Sequence record: NC_019706.1
Strand: one strand, 5' to 3'
DNA: 42,780 bases
Origin: Enterobacteria phage mEp043 c-1
Positions 19,901 to 28,582 of this stretch are shown here, piece after piece. The notes under the pieces are model-generated. The model searched no databases. It saw only the letters and a program-made list of their open reading frames with translations, and was not told the DNA's origin. The position numbers were made by a program, and so were the translations under genes. Each line of letters starts with the position of its first letter. Positions within the stretch are counted from its first letter, which is position 1.

Positions 19901-19974
19901 TATCCAATCAATTATACCCACCAGAATTGTATTGGTATCGTCTAAGATACTGAATTCCTCTGGATACTATCAAA

Positions 19975-20208
19975 ATGAGAAAACTGATTATCTGCATGGC
20001 AGGCGCTGTCATGCTTACAGGATGCGCTGGCGTAATTGAGAAACAGGAACCAGTTTGCAGCGGCACTGCAATCGTTGGCGGTCAGGAAACTACGGTTCAG
20101 ATTTACGGTGTGCGTAAACAAAACAACCAGACGCAGTACCGGGCTGGATATCCTTTCAGCTGGCGCTGGGTAAGTGCGAATACATTTACCGAAACAACCT
20201 GCAAATAA
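19975..20208 (+). CDS. Small secreted lipoprotein (Cor-like superinfection-exclusion candidate)
   Basis: 77 aa; signal peptide with lipobox (LTGC); AT-rich moron immediately downstream of the J cluster, followed by its own terminator. Confidence 0.55.
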   Translation: MRKLIICMAGAVMLTGCAGVIEKQEPVCSGTAIVGGQETTVQIYGVRKQNNQTQYRAGYPFSWRWVSANTFTETTCK

Positions 20209-20230
20209 CCCACTACGCTTAAACATAAAC

Positions 20231-20252
20231 CTCGCTCCGGCGGGGTTTTTTT
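20231..20252 (+). terminator. Rho-independent terminator after the lipoprotein gene
   Basis: CTCGC-TCCG-GCGGG hairpin followed by a T7 run. Confidence 0.5.
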
Positions 20253-20268
20253 ATTGCCTGGAGAAAAT

Positions 20269-21201
20269 ATGCTTTATAACACCGGCACCATCGCCATTAA
20301 TGGAAATACCGCCACCGGGACGGGTACAAACTGGACGGAACCGGCCAGCCAGGTCCGCGCTGGCCAGACGATTATCGTGATGTCTAACCCGGTGCAGCTG
20401 TTTCAGATTTCATCCGTGAACAGCGCCACGTCAATGACGGTTACGCCTGCTGCATCACCGGCGCTGAGCGGCCAGAAGTACGGCATTCTGGTATCAGACA
20501 ATATCTCGGTTGATGGGCTGGCGCTGGCCATGTCGCAGCTTATCAAGGAGTATGACGAGAATATTGGTGCGTGGGAGACGTTCGCCACAACCTCAGCCAA
20601 CCAGAACATTACCGTTACGATCAATGGCACCAGTTTATCAATCCCGGCTCTTGGGAAATTACTGCAGAAGGGGAGCAACGGAGCTTTGCCGGTTAATCAA
20701 GGTGGTACCGGCGCAACGAATGCCGCAGGCGCTCGCACAAACCTTGGTTTGGGAGAAGGTTCTCCAGCTATTGGCGTTCCGTTCTTCTGGCCGTCCGCTG
20801 CAATGCCAAATACTGTAATCGACAGCTGGTCCAGTATGGTGTTTTTGAAGTTCAACGGCGCGAAATTCTCTGCCACTGATTATCCTGTGCTGGCGAAAGT
20901 GTTTCCTTCGCTGGTATTACCTGAAGCCCGCGGTGATTTCATTCGTGTCTGGGATGACGGGCGAGGTGCAGATGGTGGTCGCGAATTATTAAGCTGGCAG
21001 GAAGCTACAAACTTTTCTCAGTTTGCCGGGAATATAGGCGTAGGTGCTGGACACGCAATTAACTTTCATGATGGCATCGTCGGAAATCAGCCAGGATTTT
21101 CACGATTTAATTTCACCAGTAACCCTGCGGGTGGTGGTGTGAATTTTGTTGCTGTCAGACCGCGAAATATTGCATTCAACTTTCTTGTAAGGGCTAAATA
21201 A
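20269..21201 (+). CDS. stf: Side tail fibre protein
   Basis: 311 aa; GGAG RBS; contains the tail-fibre motif LPVNQGGTGATNAAGARTNLGLG. Confidence 0.8.
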   Translation: MLYNTGTIAINGNTATGTGTNWTEPASQVRAGQTIIVMSNPVQLFQISSVNSATSMTVTPAASPALSGQKYGILVSDNISVDGLALAMSQLIKEYDENIGAWETFATTSANQNITVTINGTSLSIPALGKLLQKGSNGALPVNQGGTGATNAAGARTNLGLGEGSPAIGVPFFWPSAAMPNTVIDSWSSMVFLKFNGAKFSATDYPVLAKVFPSLVLPEARGDFIRVWDDGRGADGGRELLSWQEATNFSQFAGNIGVGAGHAINFHDGIVGNQPGFSRFNFTSNPAGGGVNFVAVRPRNIAFNFLVRAK

Positions 21202-21806
21202 TGAAACCTGTTTTCGATGTAAACGGACTGGCAACAGAACCGGGTGAAATCCGCTGTTATTACTACGACGCTGTGACTTCTGAATATATGGGATGGTCTG
21301 ACGAGTTTATTAACATCGGTGTCAGTATGCCCGGATGCTCTACGGCGATAGAACCAGGGGCCGAAGCAGGAGGGAAGGTATTTATTTTTTCTGGATCTGA
21401 GTGGGTGCTTAAAGAAGACCATCGTGGAGAAACAGCATACACCACCAGTAACGGGAAGCCGGTGACTATCGAATATATTGGACCGTTGCGTGAAGGCTTT
21501 ACTTTTGAAGCACCAACTACAAAGTTTGATAAATGGGATGGTAATAAATGGGTTGCCGATCCAGAAGCTCAGCGCGCATATGATATTTCTGTGGCGGCAA
21601 CAAAACTACAGGCGCTGATTAGCCAGGCCAATGACTTTATGAATGGTAAGCAATGGCCTGGTAAAGCAGCAATGGGTCGCCTGAAGGACGCAGAAAAAGA
21701 ACAATATAATGCCTGGCTTGATTATCTGGATGCGCTGGAGGGCGTTGATACCGCCAGCGCACCGGATATTGAATGGCCTACGCCTCCGGAAGTTCAGGCC
21801 AGATGA
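21201..21806 (+). CDS. tfa: Tail fibre assembly chaperone
   Basis: 201 aa; start overlaps the fibre gene stop (TAATG); Tfa-like sequence features, conserved position after the fibre gene. Confidence 0.8.
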   Translation: MKPVFDVNGLATEPGEIRCYYYDAVTSEYMGWSDEFINIGVSMPGCSTAIEPGAEAGGKVFIFSGSEWVLKEDHRGETAYTTSNGKPVTIEYIGPLREGFTFEAPTTKFDKWDGNKWVADPEAQRAYDISVAATKLQALISQANDFMNGKQWPGKAAMGRLKDAEKEQYNAWLDYLDALEGVDTASAPDIEWPTPPEVQAR

Positions 21807-21837
21807 CATCCGGCGCACAGGACAAAACTGATACGCA

Positions 21838-21866
21838 CAAAGCCTTGCACTGGATTGCAAGGCTTT
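21838..21866. terminator. Stem-loop terminator candidate after the tail fibre assembly gene
   Basis: AAAGCCTTGCA-CTGGAT-TGCAAGGCTTT perfect 11-bp stem, 32 nt after the stop. Confidence 0.45.
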
Positions 21867-21906
21867 GTGCTCTTCTGTGAATGTGTGGCTATATGTTTGA
21901 AGATCG

Positions 21907-21922
21907 TTGTGCCGTATTTGTG
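21907..21922 (+). repeat. Arm-type repeat (copy 1) flanking the att core
   Basis: TTGTGCCGTATTTGTG; identical copy at 22125-22140; related TTGTGCCATCAACT at 21958. Confidence 0.4.
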
Positions 21923-22031
21923 ACATATATATGGCAACATCATGCATCAACTTTCTGTTTGTGCCATCAACTATAGCTTAGTGAATGCGGTTAATGCTTG
22001 CTAAAACAGATAGTTATGATTGGTGCTACAG

Positions 22032-22077
22032 ATTCGTAATGCGAAGGTCGTAGGTTCGACTCCTATTATCGGCACCA
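22032..22077 (+). other. attP core: 3' 46 nt of a tRNA-Thr(CGU) gene (thrW-like), not a complete tRNA
   Basis: ATTCGTAATGCGAAGGTCGTAGGTTCGACTCCTATTATCGGCACCA matches recalled thrW from the anticodon loop to the CCA end; no complementary 5' acceptor strand upstream; integrase gene lies 15 nt away. Confidence 0.75.
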
Positions 22078-22091
22078 TTTAAATCAATGAG

Positions 22092-23252
22092 TTACCTCGC
22101 ATTTAAGTAAACCACGTTCTCCTCTTGTGCCGTATTTGTGCCATTGCGACTTATAATCGCATCGATTTTGCTCGCGTGCTCGGTGAGATGCCCGGCTGAA
22201 AGGTGGGCGTATCTTTGAACCATTTCGAGAGTTTCCCATCCTCCCATCTCTTTAAGTGCAAGAAGAGAGACACCGGACTGAACCAGCCAGCTTGCCCAAG
22301 TATGCCTCAGGTCATGGAAGCGGAAGTTGCTAATGCCTGCCCGCTTTAACGCTCCCTTCCATGCCTTGTTGCTGTCGGTTCTCATCTTCCTTATCGCTGC
22401 TGTTTTTGTTCCGTCGCTTCGGTAGGCAGGTTTGGTGTGGACAAACACCCATCTCTTATGGAGCCCCTGCTGTTTTCTTAATATCTGGCATGCGGTTTCG
22501 TTAAGAGGAACTCCGATCGCATTGCCAGCTTTTGTTTCATCAGGGTGCATCCATGCCATTTTCTTATCCAGATCGACCTGTGACCACTCAAGGTCTGTAA
22601 CGTTGGAACGGCGAAGGCCTGTCGTGATTGCAAACATGACCACAGGGAAGAAATGAGGAGCAATTTCTGCAAACAGGCGCTTCGATTCCTCCTCTGTAAG
22701 CCATCTGATTCGTCCATTCTTAACGCGTGGTGTTGATATTTTGGGCGCCCTGTCAAGCCATCCCCATTCAACAGCCATATTGAGAATAGCGCGAAGTATT
22801 GCCAGATGCCGCGTCTTCGTTCCTTTGCTTGCCAGCTTTGGTTTATACTCCGGCACTGGCTTGCCAAGCCGCAAACACCTGTCCCGGCTCATTTCCCAGT
22901 TCAGGCGATGGCGGCGGTTTTCCATCCCGTCTACCGCCTCCATTATTTTTTCTGTTGTTATGTCAGAGAGAATGGTTTCTCTGAAGTGCAACATCCAGAA
23001 CGATATAATGCTCTTGTCATCATCAATGGACTTCTTATCCGATTTCTCACGCAGCCACCGTATACAGGCTTCCTTGAATAGCTTTTTCGGTGATTCCCCG
23101 AGATTTTTTACTCTCCACGCTTCTGCTTTCAGACGATCGTGAAGTTCTTGCGCTTGCCTTTTGTCCGATGTTTCAAGAGAGCGTCTAACTCTTGATCCAT
23201 CTGGCGCGACGAAATCACAGTGCCACGTGCCACCGCGTAGTTTGATTGACAT
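22092..23252 (-). CDS. int: Tyrosine integrase (P22-like, thrW-targeting)
   Basis: 386 aa; closely resembles recalled P22 Int (DKRQA.ELHD.LKAEAWR, FRFHDLRHTWASWLVQ.GV, MGGWE..EMV.RYAHL); adjacent to the tRNA-Thr core. Confidence 0.95.
   Translation of the reverse strand: MSIKLRGGTWHCDFVAPDGSRVRRSLETSDKRQAQELHDRLKAEAWRVKNLGESPKKLFKEACIRWLREKSDKKSIDDDKSIISFWMLHFRETILSDITTEKIMEAVDGMENRRHRLNWEMSRDRCLRLGKPVPEYKPKLASKGTKTRHLAILRAILNMAVEWGWLDRAPKISTPRVKNGRIRWLTEEESKRLFAEIAPHFFPVVMFAITTGLRRSNVTDLEWSQVDLDKKMAWMHPDETKAGNAIGVPLNETACQILRKQQGLHKRWVFVHTKPAYRSDGTKTAAIRKMRTDSNKAWKGALKRAGISNFRFHDLRHTWASWLVQSGVSLLALKEMGGWETLEMVQRYAHLSAGHLTEHASKIDAIISRNGTNTAQEENVVYLNAR
22125..22140 (+). repeat. Arm-type repeat (copy 2), inside the 3' end of int
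   Basis: Identical 16-mer to 21907-21922. Confidence 0.4.
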
Positions 23253-23476
23253 GCTTTAACCTCCTGCACATCAACCGCATTCACCGCGCTATTGTGTCTT
23301 ACAGACTTAAGCGCCGCAATGCAGTCTGACTTGCAAATGCGATATGGACTTTTAGGTTTATCTGGATTTATCTTTGCGGCCTGAAGTCGTCCACTTCGTA
23401 TCCACTGCGTGATAGTGCCTTTGTCTACCTTCAGATACGATGCTGCCTCTTCACGAGTGAAGATTTCTTCTTCCAC
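23129..23476 (-). CDS. xis: Excisionase
   Basis: 115 aa; GTG start with GGAG RBS; P22 Xis-like (KINPDKPKSPYRICK); 3' end overlaps int start as in P22. Confidence 0.75.
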   Translation of the reverse strand: MEEEIFTREEAASYLKVDKGTITQWIRSGRLQAAKINPDKPKSPYRICKSDCIAALKSVRHNSAVNAVDVQEVKACQSNYAVARGTVISSRQMDQELDALLKHRTKGKRKNFTIV

Positions 23477-23565
23477 TTGGAATCTCCATTTATTGAGTTG
23501 GTATTATTGCGGTAGGTCTGGATATCTTGAGAAATGAACAGGCCTCATCGAGTGTGAGGCTGTGG

Positions 23566-23910
23566 TTAGTCCTTGCGTAACTCGCTGATTCTTCTGTAAG
23601 TCTCTGGTGCTTTGTTTCCGTGTATCTTCATTTCAGACTTCAACAGAGCAACGAGAGAATCCCATTCGTTGAGGATGCCTTTGAATGCCGGAACGCGCTT
23701 TGCAACCTTGTCGAATGAATCCCTGATTTCTGGAATCTGCTCAACAAGTGCAACGCATCGTCGGAAATCGGCTGCATCATGTGGAGCGCCGAAGTGATGA
23801 CCATAGATATTCTTTTTCAGTCCACATGCGATTGAGGCAAGAGTTGCGCTACTGATGCCGACATCGCCAGTCGATTGCCATTTCAAAACCTTCATAGCCA
23901 AATCTGACAT
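23566..23910 (-). CDS. Hypothetical protein
   Basis: 114-aa ORF between a terminator and xis on the early-left strand. Confidence 0.5.
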   Translation of the reverse strand: MSDLAMKVLKWQSTGDVGISSATLASIACGLKKNIYGHHFGAPHDAADFRRCVALVEQIPEIRDSFDKVAKRVPAFKGILNEWDSLVALLKSEMKIHGNKAPETYRRISELRKD

Positions 23911-23923
23911 TTCTTGTCTCCAA

Positions 23924-23946
23924 TAAAAAAACCGCCATCAGGCGGT
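23924..23946 (-). terminator. Rho-independent terminator within the early-left operon
   Basis: ACCGCC-ATCA-GGCGGT hairpin followed on the minus strand by a U7 run; overlaps the stop of the upstream small ORF; also terminator-like on the + strand. Confidence 0.6.
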
Positions 23947-24105
23947 TTTGTGTTCTTTCAGTTCTTCAATTCGAATATTGGTTACGTCTGCATGTGCTAT
24001 CTGCGCCCATATCATCCAGTGGTCATAGCAGTCGTTGAAGTCCTCTGCTTCGATAACCCTGTTGAATGGTTCTCCATTCCATTCACCTGTGACTCGAAAG
24101 TGCAT
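23938..24105 (-). CDS. Small hypothetical protein (55 aa)
   Basis: ATG with GGAG RBS; MHFRVTGEWNGEPFNRVIEAEDFNDCYDHWMIWAQIAHADVTNIRIEELKEHKTA; below the 60-aa track cutoff. Confidence 0.45.
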   Translation of the reverse strand: MHFRVTGEWNGEPFNRVIEAEDFNDCYDHWMIWAQIAHADVTNIRIEELKEHKTA

Positions 24106-24263
24106 TTATCATCTCCATAAAACAAAACCCGCCGTAGCGAGTTCAGATAAAAGAAATCCCCGCGAGTGCGAGGATTGTTATTGTCTTTGCTTCGTGCATT
24201 TGTCGCACTTTCGGCACCATCCAGATAGGCACATCCGTCCGCAATTAACACATATAGGCCACA

Positions 24264-24542
24264 TCATTTTTCCTCTTTTGGTTTATGAATCTGAATGGTC
24301 ATGCCGCTTTGAGTGGTGACTACAATGACAGAACCAGGCTGAAGGCTGTTAAGATTGAATGCTTCGTAAAACGAATCCAATGCCAGTGCTTTTTTATTCT
24401 TTCGGTTCCACCAACGCCATCCCCTGCTACAGGCCATGTTGACAATCCACTGCCCACTCCTGTAAGCCATATAAAACCAGATGAGCAAAACCTGAAGGAA
24501 TGCTATCCAGTCAATGATCGTATATTTCGCGAAGGAGTCCAT
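24264..24542 (-). CDS. Small membrane protein
   Basis: 92 aa from the ATG that overlaps the upstream stop (ATGA at 24540-24544); one predicted TM helix (IIDWIAFLQVLLIWFYMAY). Confidence 0.5.
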   Translation of the reverse strand: MDSFAKYTIIDWIAFLQVLLIWFYMAYRSGQWIVNMACSRGWRWWNRKNKKALALDSFYEAFNLNSLQPGSVIVVTTQSGMTIQIHKPKEEK

Positions 24543-24754
24543 CACTTCACCACCTGCGCCGTTTTGATGATTGCTGCCAGACAATTCTTGCAAGGAACAA
24601 GCAGCGTTCCCTGCTCAATGCTCAATAGCGCATGCTGAGCATCCTGAAAAAGCCATTCGAATGACCCTGGCCGATGACCGCACCATGTCTCAATCTCGTG
24701 CTTAGGGAGTTTAACTCCCTCTCGATAGTCATATTTGATGATGTGCTTGCTCAC
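24542..24754 (-). CDS. Hypothetical protein (Cys/His-containing)
   Basis: 70 aa; translationally coupled on both sides. Confidence 0.5.
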   Translation of the reverse strand: MSKHIIKYDYREGVKLPKHEIETWCGHRPGSFEWLFQDAQHALLSIEQGTLLVPCKNCLAAIIKTAQVVK

Positions 24755-24942
24755 GACTTCACCTCCTGTTGAGCAGAAACCTGATTTTTGAGTGATTCAG
24801 AAATATTCCTGCAATACCTAGCGGATTCATCGTCGAAAATGCTTTCGAAATACTCAGCAATCCAGCCGAACACAACAACCTGCTCATTGCTTGGATTTGC
24901 ACTTTGATTGAAGGCGGTTATAAGTGATGCACTCATACTCAC
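24751..24942 (-). CDS. Hypothetical protein
   Basis: 63 aa; start and stop overlap neighbours. Confidence 0.45.
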   Translation of the reverse strand: MSMSASLITAFNQSANPSNEQVVVFGWIAEYFESIFDDESARYCRNISESLKNQVSAQQEVKS

Positions 24943-25739
24943 TTCACCTCCTGCTGCGGTGCTGCTGCGAGCATGGACTCGGTTTCTGCAATCAGGTGGC
25001 GAGGTAACTGACTGCCAGAACTTTGCATTGCGCGACCAAATGCTAACCAGCGCCGCAATATGTTAGCTGAACCATCCGGAGTTACCGGAGAGTTGCCAGC
25101 CTGAACAGTAGGCATATCCGGACCTTTGCGAATCGCCCTGGCAAGATCGATTGGGTCGTCGTATAACCAGTCACCTGTTTGCGGATGATTGGCCTCTGCC
25201 AGTTGCGCCGCCCATTCAAGGCCGTCTTTGTGACCTTGCAGATAGTCCAACGGCAACTCATCACGATTACTTACGGGTTCGATTTGTTCGGAATTACCGG
25301 ACAACTGCATGGTACCTTCATTGGTGAGGGTACCATCGGACTGAAGCATGGCGGCGCGGCAGGCGTTCACATCACCGTAAATCGGACCGATTAGATTAAA
25401 TCCTTTCATGGGGCAGCCAGCAGGAGAATAAGCAACTGCGCCATCATCGGACACGAATAAAAAGCCAACTGGTTTCAAATCAGGCACAGATGCCGGCGCT
25501 GGCGGGGCGGTGTAGAGAGTACGAGTGTCCTCACCGTCGCTGCTAAGGCGAATCATTTCATCCTCGTCTACGTCAGACCAGGTATCATCGCTGTTGCCGT
25601 AGACTTGATGCACAGCCTCCGCTTCGAGCGATGCCAGCGCGATACGCGCCAGCGCCGAAGCCTCACCACATTGAACGTGGTCAGTTTCGATAATTTGCTG
25701 TAACTGCTCTTTGGTGAATTCTTTGATAATAGTGCTCAT
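24939..25739 (-). CDS. Hypothetical protein (266 aa)
   Basis: Largest gene of the coupled early-left chain; acidic; no motif recognised. Confidence 0.6.
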   Translation of the reverse strand: MSTIIKEFTKEQLQQIIETDHVQCGEASALARIALASLEAEAVHQVYGNSDDTWSDVDEDEMIRLSSDGEDTRTLYTAPPAPASVPDLKPVGFLFVSDDGAVAYSPAGCPMKGFNLIGPIYGDVNACRAAMLQSDGTLTNEGTMQLSGNSEQIEPVSNRDELPLDYLQGHKDGLEWAAQLAEANHPQTGDWLYDDPIDLARAIRKGPDMPTVQAGNSPVTPDGSANILRRWLAFGRAMQSSGSQLPRHLIAETESMLAAAPQQEVK

Positions 25740-26014
25740 GGGCGAATCTCCGTCCTGCCACCAAGTAAGCGGATTGCCACTCGTTCCCGGAAGGTAAGCG
25801 GTCGATGGTGTCCGCGGGCATTAACAATTTCAGGCTTTCCATTAGGCGGATAATTGACCCTGACCGATTGACCATCTAGCGCGTGAGAAGCCTCGAGTAG
25901 TGCTGACTTTAAGTGCGCAGGGCACTCTTTCTGCACCCGCTCGCCGTCTGAAATGACACCTGCAATCCCCTGAAGCATGCTGGCTAAATTGCTGAGATAA
26001 TTTTTCACATTCAC
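25736..26014 (-). CDS. Hypothetical protein
   Basis: 92 aa; overlaps neighbours by 4 nt at each end. Confidence 0.5.
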   Translation of the reverse strand: MNVKNYLSNLASMLQGIAGVISDGERVQKECPAHLKSALLEASHALDGQSVRVNYPPNGKPEIVNARGHHRPLTFRERVAIRLLGGRTEIRP

Positions 26015-26451
26015 TCTCCTTTACCGGTGCCATAGGCAGATAAGCACTCTTCAAATCCAGCCTGATTATCCGTTTGACCTAAACTGAAGCCATGCTGAAG
26101 ACCATGACGAAATGCGCTATCTTGCAATTTATCTGCGCTATCGAGCTTCGCTTCCAGTTTAGCAATACGCTCCTCATACCGAGCGCCAACGGAAACGGCT
26201 TTATGGAAGGCTTCGCACCATTTTGACGATTGCGCCTGCATCTTCTCCAGCTCATCCAGAAGCGCCAGCACGGTAGTGGGGTTTGCTGCGGAGTTCAGCG
26301 CGTTCAAGGCAGTGATATCTGCATCAAGCTGAGTTCCTTCTGCCAGTGAGATATCGAAAATGTCATCAGGCGGCATAACACTAAGGCGCTCATGTGCGCC
26401 AACTGCTGCCGCTGCGATTTCACGCAGCGCCTGTTTGTCGATGTTGCTCAT
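26011..26451 (-). CDS. Ea22/Ead-like protein (paralog 1)
   Basis: 146 aa; N-terminus ([15 protein letters not shown]...VLALLDE) shared with the next ORF and reminiscent of lambda Ea22-family proteins. Confidence 0.55.
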   Translation of the reverse strand: MSNIDKQALREIAAAAVGAHERLSVMPPDDIFDISLAEGTQLDADITALNALNSAANPTTVLALLDELEKMQAQSSKWCEAFHKAVSVGARYEERIAKLEAKLDSADKLQDSAFRHGLQHGFSLGQTDNQAGFEECLSAYGTGKGE

Positions 26452-27113
26452 TGGGCTGCCTCCTTGCGAATCTGCTCCCTGAACAAGCGGGCTGAGACGA
26501 TGATGTCTCTGATGCGTACTGATTTTTCGTCGAACTGCTCACCACCGTTTTTAATATGCGCATCCAGTTCTGCACTGTGATGCCGAATGAAAGCGTTGAG
26601 GTCATGCGCCCGCGCTTCAGCCAGGAAAGCGTCGGTGGCTGGGGTTTTGTTATCTGACTCCAGCCACTGGTTGTAGTAATAATAGAACATGCCAGTAGGA
26701 TAACCACATCCGCTGTGCACGTGGTCTTTCATAGCAGAACCACACATGCAGTAGTCATTGTCAGTATTACTAATGATGTCGATAAGTTGCTGTGTCCGTT
26801 GCTTCAACATCGCATTCTCCGCCGCCAGCGCCGAAAACTTCTCGTGTGCCAACTTAACAGCTGCATCAGCCTGCTTAATTGACTCAGTCGCTTTCTGGTG
26901 GTCTTCGGCCAGCCCTGCTAAATCAGCCTCCAGTTCGGCTAGGCGTTCATTTAATGCATCTCGTTCATCCAGTAGAGCCAGCACAACCTGAGGTGTGACT
27001 TTCATACGAAATGCCAGCAATTTTTGAGGTGTTGCTACTGTTTCAATTGCTACTGCTGCCTCACGCAGTACCTGATAGTCAATCTTGCTCACTGGTTGCC
27101 TCCTTTGCGCCAC
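26448..27113 (-). CDS. Ea22/Ead-like protein (paralog 2)
   Basis: 221 aa; N-terminus ([14 protein letters not shown]...VLALLDE) paralogous to 26011-26451; distinct Cys-containing C-terminus. Confidence 0.55.
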   Translation of the reverse strand: MAQRRQPVSKIDYQVLREAAVAIETVATPQKLLAFRMKVTPQVVLALLDERDALNERLAELEADLAGLAEDHQKATESIKQADAAVKLAHEKFSALAAENAMLKQRTQQLIDIISNTDNDYCMCGSAMKDHVHSGCGYPTGMFYYYYNQWLESDNKTPATDAFLAEARAHDLNAFIRHHSAELDAHIKNGGEQFDEKSVRIRDIIVSARLFREQIRKEAAQ

Positions 27114-27274
27114 ATCGCATTCAGATATTTGTTGTCATTAACAGAACCGAAACTATTTCTCTTAAGCAATTCCTCTCTCGATGGCATTGGCTTTACGCGT
27201 TGGCGAATAATCATTTCTGCCGGAAGAATGCCGGGATTGTATGCAAGTCCTCTCATGGTAAATTCCTCAGTCAT
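27089..27274 (-). CDS. Small hypothetical protein
   Basis: 61 aa from the ATG overlapping the upstream stop (ATGACTGA); start choice uncertain. Confidence 0.35.
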   Translation of the reverse strand: MTEEFTMRGLAYNPGILPAEMIIRQRVKPMPSREELLKRNSFGSVNDNKYLNAMWRKGGNQ

Positions 27275-27560
27275 TACTGATAGCGCCATAGCGTGAGCGG
27301 TAATTACGCAGGCGCGGGTCAATTTCAGGGAAGTGGGTATATGTGGCTTTGCGGAATGGTCGGATTGATGTCTGGTAAATTCGCTCGCGTTCTTCTTTCT
27401 CTGCAAGCCATATACAATGGCGAAATTCCTTTTCATCTTTCGTTTCCTGCGGTAGAGACATTATCTGGTCGTAGTTTTTCCTGAATTTATCCAGCACCTC
27501 CGATACGGATTTGCCGGAACAGCGGCGCGGGTCATCCGCACCATACAGAGGCGCTGGCAT
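27267..27560 (-). CDS. Hypothetical protein (position equivalent to P22 anti-RecBCD genes)
   Basis: 97 aa; AAGGA RBS; directly downstream of the SSB/Erf recombination genes. Function inferred from position only. Confidence 0.45.
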   Translation of the reverse strand: MPAPLYGADDPRRCSGKSVSEVLDKFRKNYDQIMSLPQETKDEKEFRHCIWLAEKEERERIYQTSIRPFRKATYTHFPEIDPRLRNYRSRYGAISND

Positions 27561-27583
27561 AATGGAATCCTTATTTTGCTACT

Positions 27584-27967
27584 TTAGAAGGGAATTGAAT
27601 CGTCGTATTCAGGATGATTTTGATGATTGCTACTTTGCTGCTGTTGGCTGTTTCCTGAAGTTGCAAATCCAATCTTTGCATTCAGTAATTCAAGAGTGAT
27701 TGATTGACCATTTTGCCCCTGATAAACATCAACCCTGATGTTTTCTCCGGTAATTTCCACAATGCCACCTTCAACAAGAACACTACGGTAGTAATCCGCT
27801 TGCGCTCCTGGCTTGGCAAATACAACGGCGCTGTAGTTTGTCCATTCTTTCTTTTTTGTCTGGCGATCGTAATACTGAACGCCAGCACGGATGTTGAATC
27901 CGATATTTTCCCCGGCCTGAAACTCTCTTGCGGGTTTGTTTAGTCTTACAGTAATCGAATGTGCCAT
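27584..27967 (-). CDS. Single-stranded DNA-binding protein (phage SSB-like)
   Basis: 127 aa from the ATG overlapping the erf stop (TAATG); Gln-rich linker and C-terminal acidic tail ending DDSIPF. Confidence 0.65.
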   Translation of the reverse strand: MAHSITVRLNKPAREFQAGENIGFNIRAGVQYYDRQTKKKEWTNYSAVVFAKPGAQADYYRSVLVEGGIVEITGENIRVDVYQGQNGQSITLELLNAKIGFATSGNSQQQQSSNHQNHPEYDDSIPF

Positions 27968-28572
27968 TAAGCAGCCGCTCCTTCTAATTCGTCTCGTCTG
28001 ATGTTGTAAACGTCCTGCGCTTTGTGCTGCTCCGGTGTTCCTTCGAGCATCTTCCACGCTTTGGCGAACGCCTGTTTAAGCTCTTCCACGGTGTTTTTCT
28101 GCATTGCTGCGTCAGTGAATGCTTTTAGAACCTGTTCAGGTGTAGGTGATGGTTTTGATTGCTTTGCTACTGCGTTCTGCTGATGTTTATGCTCGTCTGT
28201 ATCTGCATCTTTCGCATCATCAATGCCGAACAAACCATTGAGGCAATACTTGCGTGCATAAGAGCTTGTAGCTCCCGTAACTTGTGCAGAATCCATCCCT
28301 TTCTTGCTTTCTTCCTCTCGTGCAAGAGCGGTTGCCGTATGACTGTTTTCGCCATCGGTAATAGTTGCCGTGGCTTTCACGTAATACCGATCACCAATCA
28401 ACACAACTTCATCGCTGATTGATAAAAACAGGCCATTCAGTAACGGCTTAACGCCTTCAAGAATGTCTTCGCAGCTTCTGTATTTATATTTTCCGAATGA
28501 GTTGTACTGATTCTTTGGCGCGTTCAGATTTTCCTGAATAGCTGCCAGTCTTGCGTAAAATTCTTTGCTCAT
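27967..28572 (-). CDS. erf: Erf single-strand annealing recombination protein
   Basis: Closely matches recalled P22 Erf (MSKEFYARLA.IQE.LNAPKNQYNSFGKYKYRSCEDILEGVKPLL); start taken at the Met matching the P22 N-terminus. Confidence 0.9.
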   Translation of the reverse strand: MSKEFYARLAAIQENLNAPKNQYNSFGKYKYRSCEDILEGVKPLLNGLFLSISDEVVLIGDRYYVKATATITDGENSHTATALAREEESKKGMDSAQVTGATSSYARKYCLNGLFGIDDAKDADTDEHKHQQNAVAKQSKPSPTPEQVLKAFTDAAMQKNTVEELKQAFAKAWKMLEGTPEQHKAQDVYNIRRDELEGAAA

Positions 28573-28582
28573 ATGATTGTTC

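Noticed and set aside
22032-22077. Possible complete tRNA gene
   Set aside because: Only the anticodon loop through CCA end is present; no complementary 5' acceptor stem or D-arm upstream, so it is an att core fragment.
24121-24190. Possible terminator (CCCCGCGAGTGCGAGG) between early-left genes
   Set aside because: No convincing complementary stem could be drawn and there is no U-run on the transcribed strand.
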